64,000 bases of DNA from Pelomyxa schiedti (Eukaryota > Protista > Evosea), in assembly GCA_020536535.1 (NCBI GenBank), contig JAHLWZ010000809.1, positions 65,068 to 129,067 on the forward strand, read 5' to 3'. Both the position numbers and the translations under genes were made by a program. The stretch's first letter is position 1, and every line of letters starts with the position of its first letter. This document shows, one piece after another, positions 13,873 to 26,850 of the stretch. The notes beneath the pieces are model-generated. The model saw only the letters and a list, made by a program, of their open reading frames with translations, did not search any database and was not told the origin of the DNA.

Positions 13873-15212
13873 ATGCAGTCAGCGGCAACCGAATCCACCG
13901 AATCAAGTGCAGCAACTGAAGCAGTGGCGACTGCGAGGACGGCCGTTGGCCCAACTCCCCTCGTTGGTGTTCTTGTTTCTCGTCCTCAGAGTGCCTGGAA
14001 AACATGGAAAATGCCAGGCAGGGAACTAACGTTTTCTGGATACACCAGGGCTGCAACTGCAAGTTCTTTTTGGGTTTGTTATCCACTTCTAATCTAAGTT
14101 CTAAGACCTCACGTGGCTATAGGTCAAAGAATGTGAGCACCATTTTTTTTCCCCCTCAACGTCATTAATTTCCTGTACTGTATAGTAAAGCTTTTCCTGG
14201 ACTGTGGAGCTTTAGAAGGAAATATGAATCCTAGACACGTCTTTATCACGCACACCCACTTAGACCACGTCAAGGTTCAGATTTACAGTAAACCTAATTT
14301 CCAGTTTTTGTTTAACGAATATTCTAATGACCACCAGGAAGCTCACATGCTTTTAACGCACCTGTTCCCAATTAACGTATGGCATTGATTCCACATAAGG
14401 GGTGGGAGAATGAAGATAAACTTCTTAACACTACCAGTACTATCTCCCTACACAAGCAACACCGTTCTTCGAGGCGTACCTCAAAACTGCTCACGAACTC
14501 AACACAGTAGCTACTGCCCCATCAACTTGCCCACTTGTTATACACGGGGTAGTTCCAGGCAGCACATTTGACTTGCCTGGTGGTTATAAAGTCAAGGTAG
14601 GTTCTTAACTTATAAAAAGCGGTACTTATAAAAAATTCAGGTTATTGCCACTGATCACGCTATACCATCAGTAGGCTATTGTTTCTACCTTGTGAAAACA
14701 AAACTGAAAGCAGAGTACACTGGCCAAGACATTGCCGCACTCCGTAGAAACGGTACTTGTACGCCCAAACACATTTTCTCACGCCACTTCAGGTGTCGAA
14801 GTTTTACAAGAAATTGTAGAACCTCTGTTTGTTTACCTTGGAGATACTACACACCAAGTGTTCGAGTCACACCCTGAGATTCTCGATTTTCCGTTTGTTT
14901 TTACAGGTACATGCTTGCTCCTCTCCCTTTGTTGTCAAGCTCACCGCAATTAGAGTGCACCTACTTGCATGCTGATGAGGATTTGGTAACCAATCACAAA
15001 CATAATTGGCAATAACTAACCGACACAAAAAAAAGCTTGCAAATGCATCCAACTATGGTCATGCCCACTTTGATGGGTTGAAGCCCTACATAGAGAGTGC
15101 AAAAGGGTGCACATTCATACTGACCCATTTTAGTATGAGATACTCTGAAGAGGAGGTCCGCGAATTCTTTGTGCAAAAAAGGCTCCCTAATGTTATTCCC
15201 TGGGTTTCATAA
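13873..15212 (+). CDS. Short-form tRNase Z (TM-type-like) metallo-beta-lactamase
   Basis: GYTRAATASSF; HVFITHTHLDH (HxHxDH); DHAIPSVGY; short arm KTKLKAEYTGQDIAALRRNG; YLGDT; FTECTYL; GHAH; FILTHFSMRY. Confidence 0.8.
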
Positions 15213-15493
15213 AACTGAGCTCAGCTTAGCACTTTTTAGTTTTTAGCTAAATAGAAACGGTTCTAAACCGCTCATCTGCAACTGCAACGAAAACCCTTAT
15301 TCAATGGATTGAACGCTTTCGCCCTGAAAAAAACTAACACCCCTCCATAAAAAGGAACGGAAAAAAAACGCCAAAAAAGAAAAAAACTTTCTCGCACAAC
15401 AAGCAACAAACGACCATCAAACACCCACACACATTTTTATAAAAAAAAAAACAATCAACACCCAGAGGTGTCTGTTGTTGGTGAGATCCACGA

Positions 15494-18400
15494 ATGTCGG
15501 CCGAGGACATTGCAGTTTTGAGGGTTACGATACCCACAAAGAGCCTCACACGCAAAATGAGACTCAACAGGGCTCTGTCTGTTGCTGACATTATTGCTGA
15601 CCTCACCGAGAGGGTGACCTGCCTACTCCCATGAAACATCAACTCGATACTATAGACACACGCATCGCTTTTTCGTTTTTTTTTTTTTTTTATTTAACCT
15701 GAGCAATAAAAAGACGGGCGAGGGCAGTCCGGATCATGGGCTGTTCCAGCCAGCACGTGAGGGCAAGTTTGCCTCACCCCCAAGGTGGCTGGCTCCTGAG
15801 AAAACTCTCAACAATTATGAGATACAAGAGGTGCATCCCCCCCCTTTTTTTTTTTTTTTGAATTTGCTGATGTTAAAAAGGATGACGAGATAGTGTACAG
15901 AGCAAAGAAAAGGCGGCAACAGATTAAAACTTTGGATGGCACTACGAGGACCATTATGGTTGATGACACTCAACCTGTGCTAGTATGCAATAAGACGCTC
16001 TCCATTTCATTCATTTTTCTTTGTAAAGGCTGTTATCACTCAAATGCTTGAGAGGATCAATATTACATTTAGTGAGGAGTACGGAATGCAAGCAGAGGGA
16101 AATGGTTAATGCCTTTTCCTTCACTTAGAAACATGCTACTAATTGCCCACAAAGAAACTTGGCTGGAACCCTCAAAAACTCTCCTGGAACAAAATGTTGA
16201 TGATCAAGCAATGCTTGTGCTGAAAAAGAAGCTGTTCATGTTTGACAAAGAAGTCGTTAAAGACGAGGAAATGCAAGTCCATGTTATCTACATCCAGGTA
16301 CTAAATGCTCTCATTCTAATAAAATATCTTATTTGTTAGTCGAGAGAACAAATTATGGATGGAAAATATCCAACCTCTGAGGAAGAAGCCCTTGACCTTG
16401 CCGTTCTTGATGCACAAATACAATTTGGAAGTTACGATCTTCAAAAAGAGCGTGAGGCTGGTCCCACAGCCCCAAAACCGGTCAAAGCCGAGTTTGCAGC
16501 TTATGTAACCAAAATAAAGAAGTAGCTGCCCCTTCACGGTGTAGTTGTCGAGTTTAACCTTCACTACAGAGATATTCGGGCAAAATGCCTGCCCCCAATC
16601 TTGGCCCTGCATCCCAAGGACAAGAACATTGAACATATTTTTGCTGAGTACAAAAAACTTTCTGGTGCCATTGATTTAAGGGGAGCAAAGTACAGATACG
16701 TTCAGAAAGCGCAGTCACTAAAAACGTTTGGAATTACAACATTTGCTGTAAAAGTGTGTCTATCCCCTTTCGATAGAAATTTACAGTTGGTATCAGTTGA
16801 AAGTTGGGAGGGCCCTTAAAGAAGAACTATTTGGAGTCACACGTGACGCTATTTTGAGAATGGACCCGATAACAATGGTACCATTGGAGGAAGGTACAGG
16901 AATGCATTTTAACACTTTGTAGGATGTAATAAAAAGATACCCTTTGATTCATATCAAACGTTGGGGTGGTGGTGTCGACTCATTTACCCTTGATTTTGGT
17001 GGTCATGATGATGACTACCTCAACATGGTTACGAAGCAAGGTGCTGAAATCAACAAGCTCATTTCTGGTTACGTTGACCTCATTGTCAAAATGAGAAATG
17101 GTTTTCTTGGTTTATGCGTCAATTTGCCTTAACATTTCTGAAAGAGGCAAACAAGCCCCCTGCTGACCCCGATGTCAAAGTTGCAGTGCCGGATGCTGTG
17201 GATTCCCCTGAGGGCACCGCGACATCGTTCCGCGCTGTTAAGGGGCAAGTTGCTCCAGGGCTTGCAACACCCACTCCTGCACCTCCACCAGCTAATCCCC
17301 AGTACAAGCTTTAGTTAAAATTCCAAAGTTTTATCTGACACATGACCTCCAGGCGTACGATACAGCGTATGCCAAAAGTTCCTGCTGCCCAAATTATTAT
17401 TGATGATGTCCCAACTGCCAAGCACGCGATGCTAATGTTAGGTGAAGAGCTTGGTGCCGCTAAACCTACTGCCATTGTGAGAGAAATGTGTGTGCCACCA
17501 CAAGATATTGAATTGACACTTTTACAGTGCTGGGAGTGCCGGCCAATTGAGGGAGCAGATGGTCCAATCATACAATGCCGTGAGGCTTGCTGCTATGGAT
17601 GTTTTCAAGGTACAATACCTTACAGTCACCACCCTAACACGACTTGCAGAACATGGAGGACGGAAAACAAACAATGTCGAAAGCTACCTTGATTGAAAAT
17701 GCAAAGATGGCAATGGCCCAAGCCCTGGAATTGGGTAACAAAGCAAAATTCGCCAGCTCCGAAGAAATTGGAGTTTCTATGCTGGAGGCCACTCGTTGCT
17801 TGGTTGGCTCACTGGCTGGGTTCTCTTCATCATTTCCCCATTAATCCTCATATTCTTTAGAATATATGGAATTTGTGAAGAAACTTCTGAAGGCGTTGTT
17901 CTAACTCCAGAGCAGCAAATTGCCCTCAAAGAGGCTCAACAGCGGTTCACTGCTGCCTCGGCTCTTATGGAGGCTGTTTTAACGTAAGAGAGGGTATTAC
18001 GAGTTTTTCTTATCCCTTGTAGTGGCAAGGGTATTGTTGATATCAACTCCAGTGCTATGATGATCGAGTGCTCCAAGGTGACCTTCGCTTTCGTGTACTT
18101 GCAACTTATCCCATACCCTTGCAGAACCTTGCGAGTACGGCACAAGACATGTTTGCAGGTTTAACTGCCCACAGCATTAGTGTGGCAGATCCAGCAAAGA
18201 AGAAAGCCTTCCTTGAAGCTGCACAAAAGGTTACTTTCCCCTCCTGAGAGTGGTGTTGAGTGCAAAAACCTAGGCAGTTGATTTAGTGTTTGTTGCGAAT
18301 AGCATTGCTGCTACAATGGCTCCGGCCTCCCTCATTCCTGCTTGCAAGGCTGAGGTATTCGATTTGTTACCTTTTTCTTTTTTTTGCTTTTTAAATGTGT

Positions 18401-21400
18401 GGAGTACATTTAATCTGTTTGCAGATTGTAAACGCAGTACAAGCAGTTAAGGATCAACTTGCTACTGTCCTTACACTTGCAAATGAATTAGGAATTGAAC
18501 CAAGCGAGATCAAAGCAATACACGCTAAAGTACAGGTAAAAAGTACAAGATTTTCCTGCCACTTGTGAAAATTATCTAGATGGTCAGTGATGGTATTGCT
18601 GCGATGTTGCAGTCTCTTGAAGTAGGCGAGCCTTTGAAGGGAGTACGTTCTGAACAAGTTGGAGAGTTTGTTGATTCCATCAAAGACTTTTCAGGAGCTT
18701 TTACAGAATTAAGGCAAAACTCCACTCTTCAAATTATGTTCACTAAGAAAACATTTCCAGAGAGTCAGTGGGGAATCGTGCTCGACTTGTTAATGCCACT
18801 AAACAAGTAGCAAGTGTTGTTTGCCAAGTTGTTGCTAAAGGAAAGGCACTGTCGATTGATGCTGACCCTGCAACCCGCATGAAACTACTGGATTCTGCTA
18901 AAGAAATCTCCGATCTAATAAACAGTTTGCCCCCTTACCACCCCTGTTTGTTTTCTTACTTTGTTAGAACTCTTTCAGGGGGCTAAAGCCAGTGCTGAGG
19001 ATGTTGATGACAAAAAGAAACAAGAAGCTTTGTTGTCCGTTGCTGAAATACTGCAGGAAGCAACTCAGGAGATGATTTTCATTTCCGGAAAGAACGCTGC
19101 AGCAGCTAGTTTACGTAGAGAAGCTAAGGTATCTCGTTGCCGTTATAATTATTCATTCACGTGTCTAGGGTCTGGTTGCTTCTTGCGTAACCAATGTTGC
19201 TTCTTGCAAAGAGAACGCATCCCTCATTCCTGAAGCCTACTCTGATGATATGCTTGCCGCTGCCAATAATCTTGGAGACCTTAATAAAGCTCTTGCCTCT
19301 CTTGTCAGGGTGTGTGAAAAAACCTTACTCCCCATGTCTTACTTGGTCTAGGTTGCATGCAAGGATCCTTCATCTTCCTCTGCCCAAGTGGAATTGCTTG
19401 ACCAAGCAGAACTGACATGTGCTGCAGCACTTCGCATGATCGTTGCCTCAAATAACCTGGTGGAAAATCTCAAAATGCCGGAGGCTGCTAAACTTTTTTC
19501 TGAGCCCGCAACCAAGTAGGTTCCCACTTTGAACAATTGACTTCTAAGTACAATAGAACCAAGACTGCAGTGGATCTTGTTGAGAAAGCTTGTCAGGCCT
19601 TCAGAGAAATAAATGGACAAACCTCCATTGCCGAAATCTGTGAAGAACTGAACGCGATGTTAGCTGAAGTTGAAATTACAGAAACTGCAATTGCAAGTAC
19701 GGTGTCAATTGTGGTGTATGACTTAACATTTCTGTAGCGGGCTACCTAGAAAGAACTAATGATCGTGTTGCTCATGCTGAAGCTGTGACACTTTTGAATG
19801 AGTCCGCAAAAACACTCACCAATGCATCCCAAGAACTTGTGACTGCAGCAAAAAGCAATCCCCGGAAGGTTCTGTTTTCGCATTTTTTTAAAAAGATCCT
19901 CACTTTCCAAAAAGTTACCCCAAAAAACGTCCCTGCTATCGGATGCCAACAGCCAAGTTGTTACAGCGGCCAAGGCAGTCGTGCAGACACTGCCCACTAA
20001 AGCACAACAATTTTCTATACTTAATCTTACTAAAGAGCTCACACACGCCGTGCAAGGTTGCTTATATCTTCTTTCTCAAGAGTTAATGCTTGTAGAATTG
20101 ATTGACACGGGAAAATTACTTAAAATGAAGCCCAATGACGAGCCAACAAGGGTGGCGTTGGAATTGAATCAACAGAAAGTCCTCACAGCCATTGCCAACC
20201 TACTCTCTTCTGATGTATGAGACTTTTCTCGTCCGTGGAGATTATAATGATGGTAGGTTGACTCTAAAGAAATCGACAGTGCCGTGGAGAGTCTGAAACA
20301 ACAAATTGAACTTCTTACTCCTGTTAAGAATGAGAAAATTGCACTTCGTAAAGCCACAGAGCATGTTGCCACTTGCAGCAAAGCGTTAAGTGCAGGTTTG
20401 TCACAGCTTGCAGTATGTGTTCAGACGAATCCAACGGGAGTTGCGTCTTCTGCTAAGGCTGTTTCTTCTTCAGTACCAGCGCTTATCTCAGCTGCAAACC
20501 TTGCTGGTACATTTTTTGTACCTTCTACAAAACACTAAAATTGAAAAGCTGGTGCGTCTCCCAATGAAGCCACCTCTGCTCAAGTTTTGGAAGCCACTAA
20601 AGCTTTAGTCGAGCAAGCAAGCTCTGTAATCCGACTTTCCAAGGCTGCCGTTCTTGATAAAAATGGGTCAAGCGGCATGAACAAGTACTGATGTTTCATT
20701 TCTACTTTTGGCATACCATTGTTTAGGACTCTTTTGGATGCTGTCAAGAATGTTTCTGGGTCCATTGGCCGTTTATTGCGAACATTGGGTGCCGTGTCAA
20801 ACAATGAATGTGAAGAAGCACTTGAGGTATTGTACTGGGTGGGAGTAGCAATCTTACATCTTTATAGTCCATATCTGGCATTGTAAAAGATTTAGATAAC
20901 GTCGAAGGAGTGCAACCTATCACCCCGGCTGTGGCCGTACGACAAATTGCAGAGATTTCTAAGATTCTACTGGAAGAATTTGATGGCATATTGTCTTGTG
21001 CTCAGACAGATCCAGGTTTCCTGTGTCACAAAAAGATTCTTTTTTTTTTTAACAAAACTTCTTTAGGGGCCCTTGGGAACCACGCACGTGCAACAGCTCA
21101 ACAGGTTAGATTGCTGATTGATACGACCCGGGCAATGACAGCCAAAGAGGTTTCCTTGATTTTTCTTTTGTCAACAGAGCAAGAACATCATCTCACTCTG
21201 AACCGTCAGGTTCCGTATGTTCCTGAGAAATTCCTTGGCCCGGCAGAGCAGTTATCTGCAGCCGTCGCTAATATTGGGGCTACTGACCAATTGGGCAATA
21301 TTGCTAAAGTGATTCAAACTTCAGTAACAAGCTTATTGACCGCGGCAGTGGATGAGGCTGGCAGACCGGAAACATCAAAAGAGCAATCTGGTAATCTACG

Positions 21401-24400
21401 GAAGAATGCCGCCGCCCTCAAAAACTTAGTTCCTCAATTTGCAGCTGCAGCCAAAGTATGTTTCTGCTTCCCGGAAGAATTAACCACTCAATTTCCACCA
21501 GTCCGTTGTTAGTGGGGATCCTGCAGGCAAAGCAGACCTCGCTACCGTACAGGGAAACTTCAAAGAGACAATTAAGAAGTTGCTCGAAGTAGTAACGGTT
21601 CATCCAACAGCCAAGTAAATTTCTACAGTAAGAACTATGTCTCAAAATAAAAGGGACGCCTTACCCGAGGAGAAGAAAGAGAAAGTGATAGCAGCGGCAC
21701 GTGAAGTGGGGACTAATGCTTCTCAACTCATTTATGGGGCCATGGCTGTTTCTGCTAAACCACAAGATACTGATTTGAGGTCTACCATGGCTGACAACTG
21801 CGCAACGGCCGTCGAGTCCGTCAAGACATTTGTCAAAATAGGTTTGTCTGTTCCGCAGTTTGGTTGAGAAACAAACAACCAAAAAACCAGGAAGTGGAGT
21901 TGTGCCCGGAGCAGATCAGGTCGAAACTAGTGTGGATTCCCTTCAAGGGATAGATAGCGAATTGGCTGCTGCTTCAATGGCTGTTGCTGTAGGCTCTATT
22001 GGTGGCAGTTCCTCTGGCACAATTCCTCATGCGAAGCTCCAGGAAATGCTGGTGTCTCAGTCAAAGGTGGTAGGAATAAAATTGGCTGCTGTGGAATCAG
22101 CTTCTCGTGTAAGCACAGCTGCTGTTGGAAAAGCTGCGGAAGAGTGCTCCGCGGCAGTAAAGGAAATTGGTACAACAGCCATCCAAGCTGCTGCAACAAC
22201 ATCAGATACCGATCTTCAAGCTGATCTTGTAAATAATGCAAAGTCTCTTTCTGATGCCTCGCTTAAACTTGTGCAATCAGCTTTCACTTGTGCATGCTCC
22301 GCCTCCCCCGACAGTATACAGGTTTCTATCCCTTCTGAGAGTACACGGTGAACATCTTATGTCATTACAGGAAGTTGGTGCTAACAGCCAAGCTGCCAGC
22401 CAGGCTCTGGGCCAACTTGTCTCCAAACTTGGTGCCAGTTCTACACTGCTGAATGATATGGATGAGGCTCTTGCTGTAATACACAAGTAACCTTAGTATA
22501 GCGGTTTTTGTTTTATTTTTTTAAATTTCTTCAAAAGGTCGTCTGCTCAACTTAGTACCCCACTTGCTCCTCCCCCTGCCACTGTTACCTATCAGCAATG
22601 CAAGGCTGAGATCACAAACGCATGCAAAGGTATTACAGCTGGAGTTCGCTCACTGAGTACAGCAGAGAAGGTCAATTTGGTTCAGGTACTATCATTCACC
22701 ATTAGTGGTTTTACCAATCAAGATTAGTTGGGAAACACAGCCAAAGGAGTTGCACAAGTCTGCACAACATTGCCTCAATCTCTTATGTATGCCAAAATCC
22801 TTGCACCTTCACCTGAAATTGGGAATGCCATTGTGGCTCAAGGAAACCAACTTCTAACTACTTCGCAAGCAGTGGTTCGTTGCGCTAAGGTCTTCCCCAT
22901 AAAATTCTCCTCATTCTCCTTATACCTGTGCAGGAATTAGCCCAAGACCCCAAGAACAAAGCTCTTGCTGCAGCACTCGCTTCTTCCTTCCAAGCATGCA
23001 CAAAGTCTGTAACTGAACTCCTCAACACCGCGAAGAAGGGGGCTGTTGGAGAACAAATGTGTAATGATGCTATGGAAGCCATCAAAAAAGTAGTTGCTGA
23101 AGCTGATGCTGCAATGATGTTCGCCTCCGCAGGACAATTGGAGACCTCTTCCAACAAGAAACCAGCACAACTGCACCAGGAGCTATCTGCTACAGTTCAA
23201 CAGATCAGTGACCAAATAGCCAGATTGCAAGAAGCAGCCAAAACTTCCTCAGAAATAGCCGTTGGAGAAGCGGTGAAAGGAATAGCAGAGAAAGTTGGAG
23301 CTCTTGCTCAACACTGTTCGGCTTCAGCGAGTGCTTTCAGGTATCTTTGTAAAAATTCCTTTTGTCTCTAAATCCCCATAGAAACAATGCCACACAGCAG
23401 GAACTACTAAGTGCAGGTAAGGCTTCTGCCCTTTCTACTCAGGCTCTTGTCTTCGCAAGTAAAAGTGCTCGTGGCAATAACCCAGCTGGTCTCAAATCTC
23501 TTGCAAAAGCCGCCGAGGGTGTCTCGGATTCTTTAGGTGAGGTGAACCTCCATCTTGTCGGATGACTTACACGTGAAGGTCAACTAATGAGAATGTCCCA
23601 ACGTGCTATTGATGACCTTGCAAGAGGCACCAAGGATGTGCAGGCTGCTAAGATTAAAGTCAATGAAGTCATTACAAAATATCCAGCAAAGACAGAACCC
23701 GTCAAGGATGCCACAGCTAAACGTGTTGTGGACACAGCAAAGAGTATTGTTGGTATGCCAATGACAGCTGCATTATTTTTTCTTATTCCTGCTAGCCAAT
23801 TCCGTCGGTTTAACTTCGGCTATTGTTTCCAACAACCAAGAAGAAATGAGCAGAATTGCTCAAGTATTAATCGACCAAACTTCGAGTATGCTGGCCGACA
23901 CAGCAGTAAGTAATTTCTTACAACAGACCCGTTTTCTTACGGTTTTCCATCACAGGGAATCAACTTGCAGTTGCCTCAAAAACCAGCGGTGCAAACTACA
24001 ATGAACCATGCTGTAGTCGCCACCGCAAAACACGTTGAGGAGCTGCTGGCTGCTGGAGCTGCCTTGGCCGTTGCTGATGATTCTGCAAAACCCACTCATA
24101 AAGCACAAGTTGTTATCTTTCTTTTTTCCTATGAGGTTCACACTGAAATATAGTTGGAAAAAGCTTCTGCGGCACTTGCGATGACTCTCAACAACATAGG
24201 TGACAACATCAAACACTATCCTGGTGGAGAGGATCTCGCAGTTGAAGAAACCCACAAAGAAGCGGAAGAATTGGAAATCCTTGCTGAAAAGTAACTTATC
24301 TGATAGAGAAGGTGAAGTAACATATTCTGTGTTTAGGGAAATCAAGAAGTGCATCCAAGCCATTGACGCTGGTGCTACGAAGCTTCTTGCCTCCAAGCCG

Positions 24401-25261
24401 GCTGTTAAACCAAAAGCAGTAATGAAATACTTGCTTTTATAAAGTACTCACTTTAGTCAAAGCCAGGAGCAAAGCTGGACCAAGCCGATATAAGTTCTAT
24501 CATCAAGGATGGTGCAGCTGCCATTGCGACGGCAAGCAGCAATCTCATGAAATATGCAGCTACCGCACAGGTTTCTTTTTTCTCCCGTCTTCGCTACTGA
24601 CCCAATCCAGGCCAGCAGACTAGCCTTATGCCAGGCAGGTAGTGTAAAGTACCGTTCAGATCCTCTCTGGGTGAACTCTCTTATTGCTGCTGCCCAGGTA
24701 TTTTGTGTGCTCCGACTCAACTGACAGGAGTTAGGCTGTGGCAGCCAAAGTCGCAGCTTTGGTGGGAGCAGCCAGCAAACCGAATCCCACTGAGGATGAG
24801 GTAGTTGCCACGGCAAGCAGTGTGAGTGTTGCAACTGCAGCCCTTGTTAATGCTACAAAGCAACGCACTGAAGAAGTCAACAGTGTGGTGAGTTTTTCTC
24901 CCCATCCAAGCATCACTCAAAAAACCAAAGGAACAACAAAACATGTCCAATGCCGCTAAAGCCGTTGCTGCCTCTACCGTTGCACTTGTTACAGCTGCTA
25001 AAAAGGCTCTGGAGCCCGTTGAAGCTGAAGAAGTGCGACACCATTTCCCCTTAAGTCTCTCTAACCCATTTAGACCGGAACGTCTACTGTCCTTACTGGG
25101 TCTGCTGGTGGGTTCGACTGGGAGCTTGAAAAGCAAATAGAAATCGAAAAAATTGAAGCTCAGCTTCGTAGGGCCAGAACTAACATGCAGAAGGTTACTA
25201 ATACCCAAACACAAACAAAAAACTAACCCGCACATAGTTGAGGCAACCCGGCAGGTCATAA
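15494..25261 (+). CDS. TLN: Talin (FERM head, Ala-rich helical-bundle rod, C-terminal I/LWEQ)
   Basis: F0-like MSAEDIAVLRVTIPTKSLTRKMRL. FERM: WLEPSKTLLEQNVDDQAMLVLKKKLF, AKYRYVQKAQSLKTFGITTF, WGGGVDSFTLDFG. Long Ala-rich rod exons. C-terminus DPLWVNSLIAAAQAVAAKVAALV...KQIEIEKIEAQLRRAR. Confidence 0.95.
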
Positions 25262-25535
25262 GAACCACCACATTGACCCAAGCCGCACAAATGTACATTT
25301 GTACCACTCGACGGAATCGCCCGTTTTTAAAACAACACAAAGTCATTTTTTTTGGGTTCACCGCTTTTACTACTTTTGCGTGTATAATGTACATACTTGG
25401 CACCCGACGAAATTTATGCCGAAAAGATAGAAGCGGATGGAAGCCTTCTGGAAGCAGATTACACTAACCACGAAAAGAACCAAGAACCAGTCAGAAAAAA
25501 AAACCTCCGTTTGCTCTTGGACAACAAAACATTTT

Positions 25536-26512
25536 ATGGAGGGCGAAGCAGAACAGCTTGTTCGTAGGAGTATCCGTTGCAACGAGGAAAGAATACAAGA
25601 CCTTGAGAGGGAGCTGATGGAGTTGAGGAGGAGTATTGCTGAGCGCGAGAAAGAACTGGCTTGTCATTCACTCCTTTCTAAACTCTTCACTTCTGCCATG
25701 GACGCTCCTATGCACCGTCAAGAGGTAGGAACTTTTTTTCCTCTCCTTGTTTCCCTCCTGCTGGTTAATGACGGAATGCCGACAATAGGAGAGCTCAGAA
25801 TCCAGTGACGAGGAAGCTTTGTTATTCTTGAAGCAGATTACTGATATTCTCCCTAGTTCATGGTGGGAATAGAGGCGGTTTTCTATACGCCACGCTAACA
25901 AATTGTAGGCAATATCCCGATATCTGTTGTGCTAAGTTGGAATGGGGAAAGCATGCAATAACAACCGAAAACTTCCAGGAGTCCAAGTGGCAACAGAGTG
26001 CAGACATATGGGTCACATCCCCTACCCATAATGGGGCACCAAAGCTCCGTGTAAAGAGGACCAAATGCGGAAGGATCCAAATATTTTACACCGAGGAAAG
26101 ACCTGCAGTATACCCACTGACTTCGAAACACACAATCACACAACTCCAAACACAACCAAATACACCCGAGGCAACCTCCACCCCCACAAACACACAGCCA
26201 GAAGAGAGTGAAACGGCTTTACATCCAGAACCAAGGGAAGACTCAAGTGTACATCTATCTCCTTTTATGCCAGAAGAGCAGAATCTTCTGAATATTGTTG
26301 CAGAGAGAGTAGGAAACTACCTCACACAACTTGCTAACCAACACCAGTCTGACTCCATTTCCAATTCCACAGAACCCAGTGTCACATCATCAACTGATTC
26401 AGAATCCAATTGTCTTCCATGCCCCTGCAACTTCTTTCAAAAACTAACGGCAGTTGCCTTACATCAGGCAAAGACCAACGCCAAGAAAGGAAGAGGGAGC
26501 AGGAATTTGTAA
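25536..26512 (+). CDS. Coiled-coil protein carrying a prokaryote-type GAF-like input domain; 3' end uncertain
   Basis: Spliced (introns 25725-25788 and 25863-25908): EREKELACHSLLSKL...LKQITDILPSSWQYPDICCAKLEW...TTENFQESKWQQSADIW...GRIQIFYTEERP...SPFMPEEQNLLNIVAERVG. Confidence 0.65.
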
Positions 26513-26850
26513 AAAAATACAATATACCATCGTCATCACTTCAGATTACTGCACCGATTCCCCCAAGTGCCAGATCAAACATCCAGTATTTGCCTTCAGC
26601 TAAGTCGAGGAACTCCATCTTTCGATGGAAGCGTCCATCGATGCTTCTCCGTTCTTTCCGCGTCATCTGTCGATGGAAGCTTCGATCCGCAGATGGTTTT
26701 TCCTGGAACCAAAAAAGAACAGCAACGAGTTCGGGAAAGAAAAAAAACAAAAACGAAAACAAACAACCACAAAGAACAAACACCCAACAACAACAGCACA
26801 ATAAACAACCCAATACAAAGCACCTACCAAAATAAAACAACAACACAGGA

